This document shows, in pieces, positions 55,014-63,413 of a DNA stretch of 64,000 nucleotides (position 1 is the stretch's first letter; each line of letters begins with the position of its first letter). The stretch is from a virus. Taxonomy: Duplodnaviria; Caudoviricetes. Below the pieces are notes generated by a model. The model had not been told where the DNA came from. It did not search any database and worked only from the letters and a program-made list of their open reading frames with translations. A program made the position numbers and the translations under genes. The stretch is taken from the IMG/VR virus record IMGVR_UViG_3300037448_000016, positions 13,935-77,934 of that record, one strand, 5' to 3'.

Positions 55014-55126
55014 CGCGTCACCCAGTGAGCCAGGAGGGGAGCGCCGAGCAGGCAGAGCACTCCGAGCCCGGCCAGGTTGATGCTGACGACCAGAGTCGCC
55101 AGCCGCCGCCGCCCGAGGTCACTCAC
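55010..55126 (-). CDS. Small TM peptide (38 aa)
   Basis: GTG start; LATLVVSINLAGLGVLCLLG. Confidence 0.5.
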   Translation of the reverse strand: MSDLGRRRLATLVVSINLAGLGVLCLLGAPLLAHWVTR

Positions 55127-55553
55127 CGCGTGCCCGACCCTCGCAGTAGCGGTAGAACGCCTCGGTGTCCACGACTTCGTTGGGATCGGGGCGCCCGGAC
55201 GGCTGGACGTGGGTCGGCGGCCGGTGCAGGCGGCCGAGGCGGATCTCGTTGACGATCGCACCATCATTCATCGGCTCGCGGTAGTTCTCGCCCGCATCGA
55301 TCCATCGACCCCCCTTGTGGATCCACTTCTTCATCGAGCCACGACCACATCGGTGGCGGCTGGTTGCTACCGCCACCAGCACTGGCTTGCCGTTGCTCAT
55401 CGTGTTCGGCAACACCCAGTACGCACGCCCGATGCCGGGTAACGCTGGCGCGGGGGCCCAGACCTCTCCACGGCGGGGCTTCTCCAGGCCCGCCGTGATG
55501 ATGTCGATCCACGCGATCTGGTCGCCTGGCTTGTAGTCCTTCGCGGTCGTCAT
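55119..55553 (-). CDS. Hypothetical protein
   Basis: 144-aa ORF starting MTTAK. Confidence 0.55.
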   Translation of the reverse strand: MTTAKDYKPGDQIAWIDIITAGLEKPRRGEVWAPAPALPGIGRAYWVLPNTMSNGKPVLVAVATSRHRCGRGSMKKWIHKGGRWIDAGENYREPMNDGAIVNEIRLGRLHRPPTHVQPSGRPDPNEVVDTEAFYRYCEGRARGE

Positions 55554-55600
55554 GAAGACAGCCTACCACGGCTTGACAACGCGCTGACTGGAAGATCGTT

Positions 55601-55828
55601 TAGGGATTTTTTTTCTTCCCTAGCCTTTACGAATCGCATGTGCAGGTAAAGGCTATATATTTTCTCCCCAAAATTTCCCTGTGGGTACGTTTCCGCAGGT
55701 CAGACCCAGGGACAAAAAATCCCTAGGGAAATTTTTCTCCCTGATTCGACCCTCCGACCGCCTCCGGCGCGCATCCGCGAAGATCCACATCCGACCCTCC
55801 GGGCGGTCCAGGGAGAAAAAATCCCTGG
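55601..55828. repeat. AT-rich AGGGA/TCCCT A-tract boxes, site 2
   Basis: Boxes at 55601, 55708, 55725 and 55808; TAGCCTTTAC/GTAAAGGCTA inverted repeat. Confidence 0.8.
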
Positions 55829-55904
55829 ATGTTGATCATGGAATGGAACACTCACCATGAGGTCGAGGTTGAGGGTTTCGACACCGGAGAGGAGGATCTT
55901 CGCC

Positions 55905-56228
55905 ATGAGTGAACGACTGGACGTCGCACCGGCGCGGCCGACCCTGGAACGGGCCGACCGGGTGGGTCAGTTCGCTCCGCTCCGGGGCCGGGCGGTGGTC
56001 CTCCTGAACGAGTCCGGCTCGCACCGCGATTACCGTGCGTGGTCGGATCTGGAGGTGGACGACACGGGCGCCTGGGTCGCGGTGGTCCGCGAGCGGCACT
56101 GGTGGATCTGGGTGCTGACCTACAGCCAGCCCCGGGTGATCCGCTGGCCCGCCGGGGCGGTGTGGGTGATGGAGTGGGATGAGGTGCCCGGTACCGCCCC
56201 TGAGGAGACCGGCCAGCCGGGGCGGTAG
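55905..56228 (+). CDS. Hypothetical protein
   Basis: GAGGAGG RBS before MSERLD. Confidence 0.65.
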   Translation: MSERLDVAPARPTLERADRVGQFAPLRGRAVVLLNESGSHRDYRAWSDLEVDDTGAWVAVVRERHWWIWVLTYSQPRVIRWPAGAVWVMEWDEVPGTAPEETGQPGR

Positions 56229-56476
56229 ACCTCGCCGTGGAGGACCATCGCGGCGCGCTGTCCCTCGGCTCACGCTCGCCGTCCCGGCCTGGTGGCTTCA
56301 CGGGCTGGACCGCTGGCGTCGCGGCCTGCGAGCCTGGCCCGGCCCGGCTTCGCTGGCTCGCTTGAACGAAGACGCTCGGCCAGCGTACCGCCCCTGTCAA
56401 GACTCTCGACCTCTACCTTAGGGTGAGTCCTCCCGCCCCCGTCTGGTCCGTCTCCCGGGGGCGGGATCCGGGCGGG

Positions 56477-56665
56477 CTACCTGGCGCTAATCCAGGAGCC
56501 GATCACGCTGGCCAGCCCGGCGCACCAGAAAATCAGCGCGAGCCGGTTGAGGCTGCGCGCCCGAGGCCTGGTAAGGGGGTCGAGGGCGGTCAACCACGCG
56601 GTCAGGGCCAGCGCGAGCAGGATCATGGCGCTCAGCGCCAGTACGAGGCTCATCACGCCGACCAC
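56477..56665 (-). CDS. Two-TM small membrane protein
   Basis: 62 aa, hydrophobic. Confidence 0.55.
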   Translation of the reverse strand: MVGVMSLVLALSAMILLALALTAWLTALDPLTRPRARSLNRLALIFWCAGLASVIGSWISAR

Positions 56666-56943
56666 GGGTCCGCCGCGATGGACTCGCGGTTGATGTACCA
56701 GTTGTGGGCGCCGTGCCCCGGCAGGGTGCCGGTCAGGATCTCCCAGCCGTTGCGCCGGGTCAGGTGGATGTCGGTCAGCCGGTCCATGAGGCTCAGGGAG
56801 CCGCTGAGGGTCCGCCCCGTCACGGTGTCCGGCGAGCCGATCAGCCCGTCCCGCCCGTTGTTGTTCGCACTCATCCGCAGCAGATTTTTCGCCTGCACGC
56901 GCGTGCAGGGCACGGTCTCGGTCACGGTCTCGTTCGTCGTCAT
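56653..56943 (-). CDS. Hypothetical protein
   Basis: Leaderless after TTGACA-18-TAGGAT. Confidence 0.65.
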   Translation of the reverse strand: MTTNETVTETVPCTRVQAKNLLRMSANNNGRDGLIGSPDTVTGRTLSGSLSLMDRLTDIHLTRRNGWEILTGTLPGHGAHNWYINRESIAADPWSA

Positions 56944-57000
56944 GCCCCGATCCTACCGGAGTTGTCAGTCTCTTGTCAACCCGTCATCCACTCCCCCGCG

Positions 57001-57152
57001 TACGTGCCGTGCAGCGTGCCGACCCCGTGCCGCACACACGCCGACCGCGTGCCGAGCCCGTGCGTGCAGGCGTGCCGAGCCCGGCACGCACGTGCCGCAC
57101 GTGACCGGCACGGCGTGCGGCACGGCTGCACGCCGACCCCGGCACGCACACG
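57001..57152. repeat. Non-coding GCACG/CGTGC-dense tract
   Basis: About 17 copies of the pentamer in about 150 bp (hand count). Confidence 0.7.
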
Positions 57153-57182
57153 AAAAAGGCCGTCCCGAAGGACGGCCGGTTT
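57152..57182 (-). terminator. Intrinsic terminator
   Basis: GGCCGTCC-TTCG-GGACGGCC followed by TTTTT on the minus strand. Confidence 0.85.
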
Positions 57183-57202
57183 CGAGCGGGAAAAGGGATC
57201 GC

Positions 57203-57928
57203 TTACGGATTGAGGTGAAGTTCTGTCTGCTGAGGCCCGCCGGTGTACGGCCGGGCGGTGGTGACTAGGAATCGTGCCCGCTCCAGTGCGTTCTGAGAGG
57301 TGAAGACTCCGATCTCGATTTTCTGATCGCCTTCCTCCACGTACATCAGAATGGCGACCGGCTTGCCGTCCGCATTCCGGATCACGTCGTCGCCGGTGGT
57401 GCCCTGAATGGTGCCGTCGTCAATGTCCATACCCTTACCCTCCTCCCATTGACTACGAGTTGTCAAGACGGGAGCCGGGCGGAACATGTTCGGCCAGCGC
57501 CGCGACAGCGCGAGGTAGTCTCCCCACGCCAGCGCGAGCGCGGTTCGTGCCGCGACCATCCGGTCCGAGTTCGCGATCATCGGCCCCGGCACGGTCTCGC
57601 GGCCCGGAGTCCGGCTGGCCGCCTGAATCCTGAACTCCTCTTCCAGCGCGGAAAGGTACCCCTCCTCGATCGTGTCGTGCCCGATGCAGTCGCTGTGCCA
57701 CAAATCCATCAGGATGGCCACCCCGCCGCGCCCGATCATCACCTCGCCCGCCTGCCGGTGCGTTTCCTGCACCATCCGCATCCGTAGAGTGGAGATCGCA
57801 CTGGCCTCTTCGGTGTCCGCCTCCCGGCGCTGGTTGAGCAGCGCCTTCCGCGTGCCGTCCAGCAGCAGCATCACGTCCACGGGATGCATCCGGTACCAGA
57901 CCGGCTGATGCGGCGGCTGCTTCATCAC
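57203..57928 (-). CDS. Hypothetical protein (possible second internal start at MDIDDG)
   Basis: 241-aa ORF; internal GGAGGAGG RBS near 57440. Confidence 0.55.
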   Translation of the reverse strand: MMKQPPHQPVWYRMHPVDVMLLLDGTRKALLNQRREADTEEASAISTLRMRMVQETHRQAGEVMIGRGGVAILMDLWHSDCIGHDTIEEGYLSALEEEFRIQAASRTPGRETVPGPMIANSDRMVAARTALALAWGDYLALSRRWPNMFRPAPVLTTRSQWEEGKGMDIDDGTIQGTTGDDVIRNADGKPVAILMYVEEGDQKIEIGVFTSQNALERARFLVTTARPYTGGPQQTELHLNP

Positions 57929-58251
57929 ATGCTCCTTCTGAAGTCGAGGTCTCCGGCCATCGCCGCGAAGCGGGCGAGGTTCATTCCGTCTGGGTGGCCA
58001 GCGACCACGGCATCGATCGCTGCCCGCATCAGCCGGTCTTCCGAGGAGTGTGCGGCCTCGTCGTCACCGGCGATGGCCAGGCCGCGAATGGTCATGTACA
58101 ACTCGGCCGCCTCGGGCAGCGTCATCGGGTCGCGGCGCCCGTCGTTCATCAGCATCTCGACCGTCTGCGGCGCCGCCGCCATCGCCGCCTGCATGGCCTC
58201 CACGGCGAGGGGGTGATCGAGCCGTGGCTTCTCGTGCTTGTTCGTCGTCAT
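57925..58251 (-). CDS. Hypothetical protein
   Basis: Leaderless after TTGACA-18-TAGGAT; HSSEDRLM...HPD. Confidence 0.7.
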   Translation of the reverse strand: MTTNKHEKPRLDHPLAVEAMQAAMAAAPQTVEMLMNDGRRDPMTLPEAAELYMTIRGLAIAGDDEAAHSSEDRLMRAAIDAVVAGHPDGMNLARFAAMAGDLDFRRSM

Positions 58252-58312
58252 GCCCGAATCCTACAGGAGTGGTCAACAAGTTGTCAACGACTGGACAAGG
58301 CGGGACGGATCC

Positions 58313-58501
58313 TCACCGGTGCTCGTACCCGTAGGGGCTGCCGTACCGGTACGTCATGACCACCAGCGAGCAGCGGCCGAACCGGTCCAGGAACCGCCCG
58401 CACGCGCCGCACTTGGTCTGCCCGTTCCGCCCGCGCCACGGCGGCGGAGCCGACCAGCCCGCAGGCTGATCGGCGTCCGCTTCCTCCAGTTCCCAGTCCA
58501 T
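58313..58501 (-). CDS. Small Zn-finger-like protein
   Basis: KCGACGRFL...C. Confidence 0.55.
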   Translation of the reverse strand: MDWELEEADADQPAGWSAPPPWRGRNGQTKCGACGRFLDRFGRCSLVVMTYRYGSPYGYEHR

Positions 58502-58737
58502 CAGAACTGGGCCTGCCCCGGCCGCTGGCAGGTCGCGTGGACCTCGGTGCCGCCGTACGGCGAGTAGGGGATCGAGTCGTTCCGCCCGTCCCGGTTGAAC
58601 CGGCGCCCGCTCTCGACCACGATCATGGTCTTGGTGACCCGCTTGATCACCGAGTGCCGATGCACCGGCCGGTCGGTCCCCTGTCCGGTGATGCAGACCC
58701 GCTGGCCGACCACCTGCTTCTCCTGCTCGATCATCAT
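58501..58737 (-). CDS. Small hypothetical protein
   Basis: ATGA overlap with the ArdC-like gene; IKRVTKTMIVV. Confidence 0.6.
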   Translation of the reverse strand: MMIEQEKQVVGQRVCITGQGTDRPVHRHSVIKRVTKTMIVVESGRRFNRDGRNDSIPYSPYGGTEVHATCQRPGQAQF

Positions 58738-59597
58738 GCCCCTTCGATCTGCGCGATCAGCGCCTTGGCTGTCCGCTGGACCCGCTGCCCGGCGGCCATG
58801 ACCTTGTCGACGCCGCCCCAGTGCGCGACGTAGGAGAAAGACGACGTGCCCATTTCCATCCCGAGCACCCGTCCGACCACGTACGCCACCGATTCGGCCT
58901 CCACTTCGGCCTCGCCCCGGTGCTGCTGGTACGAGTAGTCCTCCGCGAGGTGGCCGAGCATCACGTGTGCGATCTCGTGCAGCAGGGTGGCCACGGTCTG
59001 CGGCTCGTCCCCGGCGAACCGCGAGGAGATCACGATGTTTTTCAGCACGCCGTCGGTGTGCCCGTCTGCCGTGCCCGAGTCGCCGTAGGCCCACGGGTAA
59101 CCGGTCCCGGCCGCGATCCCGGCCAGCGTGACCAGCAGACCTTCCGGCACGGACGTCGCCACGGTGCCGTGGTCGACCGTGGGCAGCGGCTCGCCGTCGG
59201 TCTGCGAGACGTCGAACACGGTGGCCATCTTCCAGCCGACCAGTTTCGTGGCCTTCGGGTCACCGTTGGCCCGCTTAACGTCGTCCGGCACGATGACCGG
59301 CGCGAGCACCTTGAAGCCGGTCGATCCTTTGATCACGTTCCGGCCCGCCTTCTTCCAGACGCCGAAACCGGCGAACCGGGTGACCTCCATGTTGCGGATC
59401 GCGGCCTGCCGCAGCAGGAACAGGACGTTGCCGAACGAGTAGGAGTGGAACTGGGCGCTGAAGTCCAGCACGCGGACCCAGTCCTCGGAGGAACGGATTT
59501 CGGCCACCTGCGCCGCAATGGCGTTGTGGGCCTCGTCGAGCCGGGCGGCCTTCTCTTCGGCGCTCAGCGGGGTGTATGCCTTCGTTTTCGTCGTCAT
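58734..59597 (-). CDS. ArdC-like ssDNA-binding / antirestriction protein with HExxH metalloprotease-like domain
   Basis: YSFGNVLFL, FAGFGVWKKAGRNVIKG, VFDVSQTDG, LLHEIAH and EVEAESVAY. Confidence 0.8.
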   Translation of the reverse strand: MTTKTKAYTPLSAEEKAARLDEAHNAIAAQVAEIRSSEDWVRVLDFSAQFHSYSFGNVLFLLRQAAIRNMEVTRFAGFGVWKKAGRNVIKGSTGFKVLAPVIVPDDVKRANGDPKATKLVGWKMATVFDVSQTDGEPLPTVDHGTVATSVPEGLLVTLAGIAAGTGYPWAYGDSGTADGHTDGVLKNIVISSRFAGDEPQTVATLLHEIAHVMLGHLAEDYSYQQHRGEAEVEAESVAYVVGRVLGMEMGTSSFSYVAHWGGVDKVMAAGQRVQRTAKALIAQIEGA

Positions 59598-59968
59598 ACC
59601 TGGAGGTTACAGGAGTGGTCAACAAGTTGTCAACCCCTGGACAAGAAAATGGGCACCCGCTCGGAACAGGCCCGGTCGTCTCTGGCAGGAGACGTACCAA
59701 CCGATGGCCGCTCACGAGCGGGCGCCCCTTCAGTGCGCTGGCCGGATCAGCGGGAGAGATTAGTCCCCTAGCCGACCATCCTTCCGTGCTCCCAGGAGAA
59801 TGAGTGGCCCTGGGCGGTGAGGTTGACGCGAAAACTATGCGGTACCACAGTCCCTCTTGCAGGCCCGCCGAATCAAGGCGATCCACCGGTTGGCCAGTGG
59901 GTGACCTGAGGCCAGCCACTCCCGGATCAGCCCGGAGTGAGTCTCGCAGCAGCCGATCGCCGCCCCGG

Positions 59969-60268
59969 TCATGATCGCATCACGTCCTCGTAGTTCATCC
60001 CGGAGCCGAGCCGCATGATCACGTTCACCACCTTGGCCCGGCCGCCCTGGATCCGGTCGCGGCCCCAGTCGTAACCGACCGCAGCGAACACCGAGTCGAG
60101 GTCACCGTTCACCCGGAAGAACAGGTCCATCACGTACTGGGGACCGCCGAGCGGCGCGTCCGGCAGCGGCCTGACCTTGATGGTCAGTCGCCGTTTCGTG
60201 AACGCGGTGATCTCCCAGCCCTGCTCGACCGCATAGTCCGAGAGGATCTGGCGACTGGTCGTCATCAT
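59969..60268 (-). CDS. Hypothetical protein
   Basis: Starts MMTTSRQ; ATGA overlap. Confidence 0.55.
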   Translation of the reverse strand: MMTTSRQILSDYAVEQGWEITAFTKRRLTIKVRPLPDAPLGGPQYVMDLFFRVNGDLDSVFAAVGYDWGRDRIQGGRAKVVNVIMRLGSGMNYEDVMRS

Positions 60269-60495
60269 GACGCCGCCAGCACTGCGAGCAGGGTGTCCCA
60301 CGTGGCGATCGTGATCGTGGTGGTCTCCCCGCCGGTCCGCCGGTAGGCGATGGTGAAGGTGTCGTCGTTCCGCCCGGACCACAGCACGTTGATCCGGACC
60401 CCGTCCCGCTCGAACTTCATCGAGCGTGTGTCGAGGCCCTGAACAGACCAGCCGTTCTTGTGGCCCCACTGGATGATGCCCTGTCTCGTCGTCAT
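60265..60495 (-). CDS. Hypothetical protein
   Basis: Leaderless MTTRQG after a divergent promoter. Confidence 0.6.
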   Translation of the reverse strand: MTTRQGIIQWGHKNGWSVQGLDTRSMKFERDGVRINVLWSGRNDDTFTIAYRRTGGETTTITIATWDTLLAVLAAS

Positions 60496-60570
60496 GGGGT
60501 AACCCTCCCACACTCGACAAGCCGCTGTCAACACCTTGACAACGCGACGACCAGGGTGCAGACTTCAACC

Positions 60571-60894
60571 ATGCAGACGAACGAGACCATCAAGTCCCTC
60601 AGCACCACTCAGGTGCTGGCCTACAACGACTTCTGTGCGAAGTGCATCCGCGCCGGGATGAGCAAGATCCCGGCCATCGGCGCACTGCGCGCCGCCCACG
60701 CCGGTATCACCGGCGAGCCGATGAGCCTGCGGGTCGCGAAAGACATCGTCGACCACGGCTACCAGGTGCGCACCAACGTGATCGTGATGGAGGAACTGCC
60801 CCGCGCCCTCCGGCACCAGGCCACCAGCCTCATCGTCGTCCTGGCCACCCAGCGCGACTTCCTGTTCCGTCTCGGCCTGGAGGTGCGGCTCTGA
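60571..60894 (+). CDS. Protein with ribosomal L7/L12 CTD-like motif
   Basis: KIPAIGALR...SLRVAKDIVD. Confidence 0.55.
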   Translation: MQTNETIKSLSTTQVLAYNDFCAKCIRAGMSKIPAIGALRAAHAGITGEPMSLRVAKDIVDHGYQVRTNVIVMEELPRALRHQATSLIVVLATQRDFLFRLGLEVRL

Positions 60895-61154
60895 TGACCA
60901 GGGAAATCGACAAGGCCGAAGCGAAGCGCCTCCTCGACATCACCGACGAGAACAACCAGTTCGACGGCATCGCGCGGCCCCAGATGATGCTGAAGCAGAG
61001 CCGTTACTTCGCCTACGAGGAGATCGACCAGGCCACCACCATCTGCATCACCGACGACGGATACCGGGTCGTCCTGCACGCTGCTGTCGACGGCCGGATC
61101 GCTTCCTGGTACGTCGATACCGAACTGAACCCCTACCGGAACGAAGAGGATTGA
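60894..61154 (+). CDS. Hypothetical protein
   Basis: GGAGG RBS, TGATG coupling. Confidence 0.65.
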   Translation: MTREIDKAEAKRLLDITDENNQFDGIARPQMMLKQSRYFAYEEIDQATTICITDDGYRVVLHAAVDGRIASWYVDTELNPYRNEED

Positions 61155-61325
61155 GCCATGACCCCCGAAGAGTACGACGCCTTCCGCGCGGGCCCTGGTG
61201 GAGCAGACCGACCCGGCTTCTGGGTCCGCTGACCACGACTTGACAACGCACTGACCACAGCGTAGAGTTTCACCAGGCCCGAACGAGTCGGGCCTTCCAC
61301 ACCGAATCGCCTCCAGGAGGCCGAG

Positions 61326-61499
61326 ATGTCCCGCACCGCCCGCACCGAGCCCACCGACGACGTCCAGCGTGCTCGCGTCAGCCGGATCCAGAACCTGCGG
61401 CGCTCCAATGCCGCCGGACCGCAGCCGCTGAAAACCCGCCGGGTGCGCGGCGGCCGACAGGGCGTCCGCGTGGCGCTCGCCAAGGGGGTGCTGGTCTGA
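61326..61499 (+). CDS. Small basic actinophage-type protein (57 aa)
   Basis: AGGAGG RBS; LRRSNAAG motif. Confidence 0.7.
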   Translation: MSRTARTEPTDDVQRARVSRIQNLRRSNAAGPQPLKTRRVRGGRQGVRVALAKGVLV

Positions 61500-61678
61500 T
61501 GGATCCCGAAGACGTCGCCAACACCATCGCTGACCTGATCGACGTCAGCGATCCGCAGACCCTCACCGTCGACGAGGCCGGAGTCGAGGAGAACGCCCGC
61601 ACCGGCGGAGCGTTCTTCCAGATCCGTGACAGGCTCGGCCACACCTTCACCGTCGAGATCACAAGGAATGAGTTCTGA
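61499..61678 (+). CDS. Small hypothetical protein (59 aa)
   Basis: TGATG coupling on both sides. Confidence 0.6.
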   Translation: MDPEDVANTIADLIDVSDPQTLTVDEAGVEENARTGGAFFQIRDRLGHTFTVEITRNEF

Positions 61679-61938
61679 TGGGCCTTGTCACCGAGATCGA
61701 GCGCCAGCGTGAACCGGACGTCGGGCCGCAGGGTGTCCTGAAGGCCGTTCAGAAGGCGCTTTTCGACGAGAAGCCGAAAGACTTCTGGCAGGCATCGGAG
61801 ATCGCCCGCCGGGAGATCCTGAACGCGAAGTGGACGCCCGGTCACGATTTCGGTCAGGGCCGTCAGTACGTCTGCGAGATTACGTCAGCGTCTGGGACAT
61901 TCATTCTGCGCGCCGTCATCCCGGAGGCGTCCCGGTAA
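61678..61938 (+). CDS. Hypothetical protein
   Basis: 86-aa coupled ORF. Confidence 0.6.
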   Translation: MGLVTEIERQREPDVGPQGVLKAVQKALFDEKPKDFWQASEIARREILNAKWTPGHDFGQGRQYVCEITSASGTFILRAVIPEASR

Positions 61939-61951
61939 CAGAACCTCCACG

Positions 61952-61984
61952 GCGCCCCCGTTCCAGTTCCGGAGCGGGGGCGTT
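61952..61984 (+). terminator. GC-rich hairpin
   Basis: CGCCCCCGTT/AGCGGGGGCG. Confidence 0.6.
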
Positions 61985-62066
61985 CCTGTGTCTACAACGA
62001 CTTGACAACGCATTGACCGGTGCGGGATGCTGTTCCCGGCAACGACACTCACCCCTTGGAGAATCC

Positions 62067-62675
62067 ATGACCAACATCGAACTCGACGACGACCAGGCCC
62101 AGCGGGCGCTCATCGTCCAGTTGGTGGCCAGCGCTCTGGCCGCCAAGCCGTCCGGTCTCGCCGGTGGCAGGCCCGCCCCGGCCGACGACGTCCTGAAAGT
62201 CGCTGAGTGGGTCTACAGCGGCGAGGTGGGCGAGGACAGCGTCGCGATCGACGAGGACCAGGATTTTCTCAAGGACGTAGGCCAGATGATCCAGCGCGCC
62301 CGCGAGCAGTCGTTCGCCGACCTGCTGAAAAACCTTACGCGGAAGGCGCCGCCCACCGACCAGCGGATCGAGAAGTTCATGGTCGACTGGGGCAAGACCG
62401 AGGCCGACACCCCCGAGGCCATCGCCACCGAGGTTTTTCACCCGACCCGGCCCGACGAGGTGCTGCCCGGTTTCATGACCGCTCAGTGGCGGATCACGAA
62501 GGTGGACCAGGCGGACAGCGACGTCACGTTGGAGTACGTCAGCCGCGAAACCGGCGACGCCGGTGTGGTCACCCTGGACGCGAGGGCGGAGGAACTCCAG
62601 ATCGTCTGCGGCGCCTGCACCGAGCAGTACCGCATCCTGAACGCCAAGGCCGAGCAGGCTGCCGCTGGTCGGTAA
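62067..62675 (+). CDS. Hypothetical protein
   Basis: GGAG RBS; starts MTNIEL; C-terminal CxxC. Confidence 0.65.
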   Translation: MTNIELDDDQAQRALIVQLVASALAAKPSGLAGGRPAPADDVLKVAEWVYSGEVGEDSVAIDEDQDFLKDVGQMIQRAREQSFADLLKNLTRKAPPTDQRIEKFMVDWGKTEADTPEAIATEVFHPTRPDEVLPGFMTAQWRITKVDQADSDVTLEYVSRETGDAGVVTLDARAEELQIVCGACTEQYRILNAKAEQAAAGR

Positions 62676-62692
62676 CGATTCCCGCTCCGCCG

Positions 62693-62722
62693 AACCCCGC
62701 ACCGAAGTGCGGGGTTTCGTCG
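62693..62722 (+). terminator. Intrinsic terminator
   Basis: AACCCCGCAC-CGAA-GTGCGGGGTT followed by TCGTCGTT. Confidence 0.75.
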
Positions 62723-62792
62723 TTCATCAGTGAGTTGACAAGACACTGACAACCCATATAGAGTCGAGGCAACGACGACGACGGAGGACGGC

Positions 62793-63413
62793 ATGAACAA
62801 GGCACAGATCCTGAAGGCCATCAAGACCGGCCAGCACGTGGCGTTCGGTAAGCGCGACTCCTACGCCGCACCGCGCAAGGTCATCGTGCTGGGTGAGGAG
62901 AAGATGCCAATCAACGTCTACGGCCGCCTCGCCCCCGAGCACGACTGGCCGCTGCGCTGGAAGGTGCAGCAGGTCGAGGACGTGAGGCACAACGGCTCGC
63001 TGACCTACGAGGCCGGTAGCACCACGTTCGCCAAGTCTCAGGAGTTGCTCGGTGATTGGGACGTGGTCGAGGCTGAGCGCACCGCCGAGCGTGAGCGCGG
63101 TCAGATCGAGGCCAAGCGCAAGGCCGACGCGCACCAGGCCCAGAAGGACGCCGGTGCGAAGATCAAGGAACTGTTCGCTGCGGTCGGCAGCACCACCTAC
63201 ATCGACGACTGGGGCGGCGAGATCCGCATCCGCCCCACGGACCTGTACGACTTCCTGGAGCGTCTCGGCAAGACCACGGCTCGCACCCTGGCCGCCGACG
63301 CCCGCGAGCACTTCGCCCCGGATCTCACCAACGACGCCGCCGCAGGGTTCGACGAAGGGTTCAGCAGCGGCATCGAAGCAGCCATCGGCTACATCGAGGA
63401 GAGCGCCAGATGA
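62793..63413 (+). CDS. Hypothetical protein
   Basis: GGAGG RBS, 206 aa. Confidence 0.7.
   Translation: MNKAQILKAIKTGQHVAFGKRDSYAAPRKVIVLGEEKMPINVYGRLAPEHDWPLRWKVQQVEDVRHNGSLTYEAGSTTFAKSQELLGDWDVVEAERTAERERGQIEAKRKADAHQAQKDAGAKIKELFAAVGSTTYIDDWGGEIRIRPTDLYDFLERLGKTTARTLAADAREHFAPDLTNDAAAGFDEGFSSGIEAAIGYIEESAR

Larger units (their letters stand above)
46036..62764. promoter_or_regulatory. Dispersed promoter/operator family TTGACAAC-N3-(C/T)TGAC
   Basis: TTGACA on plus at 46036, 46212, 46542, 47544, 48361, 49472, 50806, 51389, 53467, 55573, 60536, 61240, 62002, 62735; on minus at 56974, 58282, 59628, 60526; mostly 18 bp to a TANNNT-like -10. Confidence 0.88.

Noticed and set aside
61158-61232. 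24-aa ORF MTPEEYDAF...
   Set aside because: It has an RBS-like GAGGA but is too short to support without conservation data
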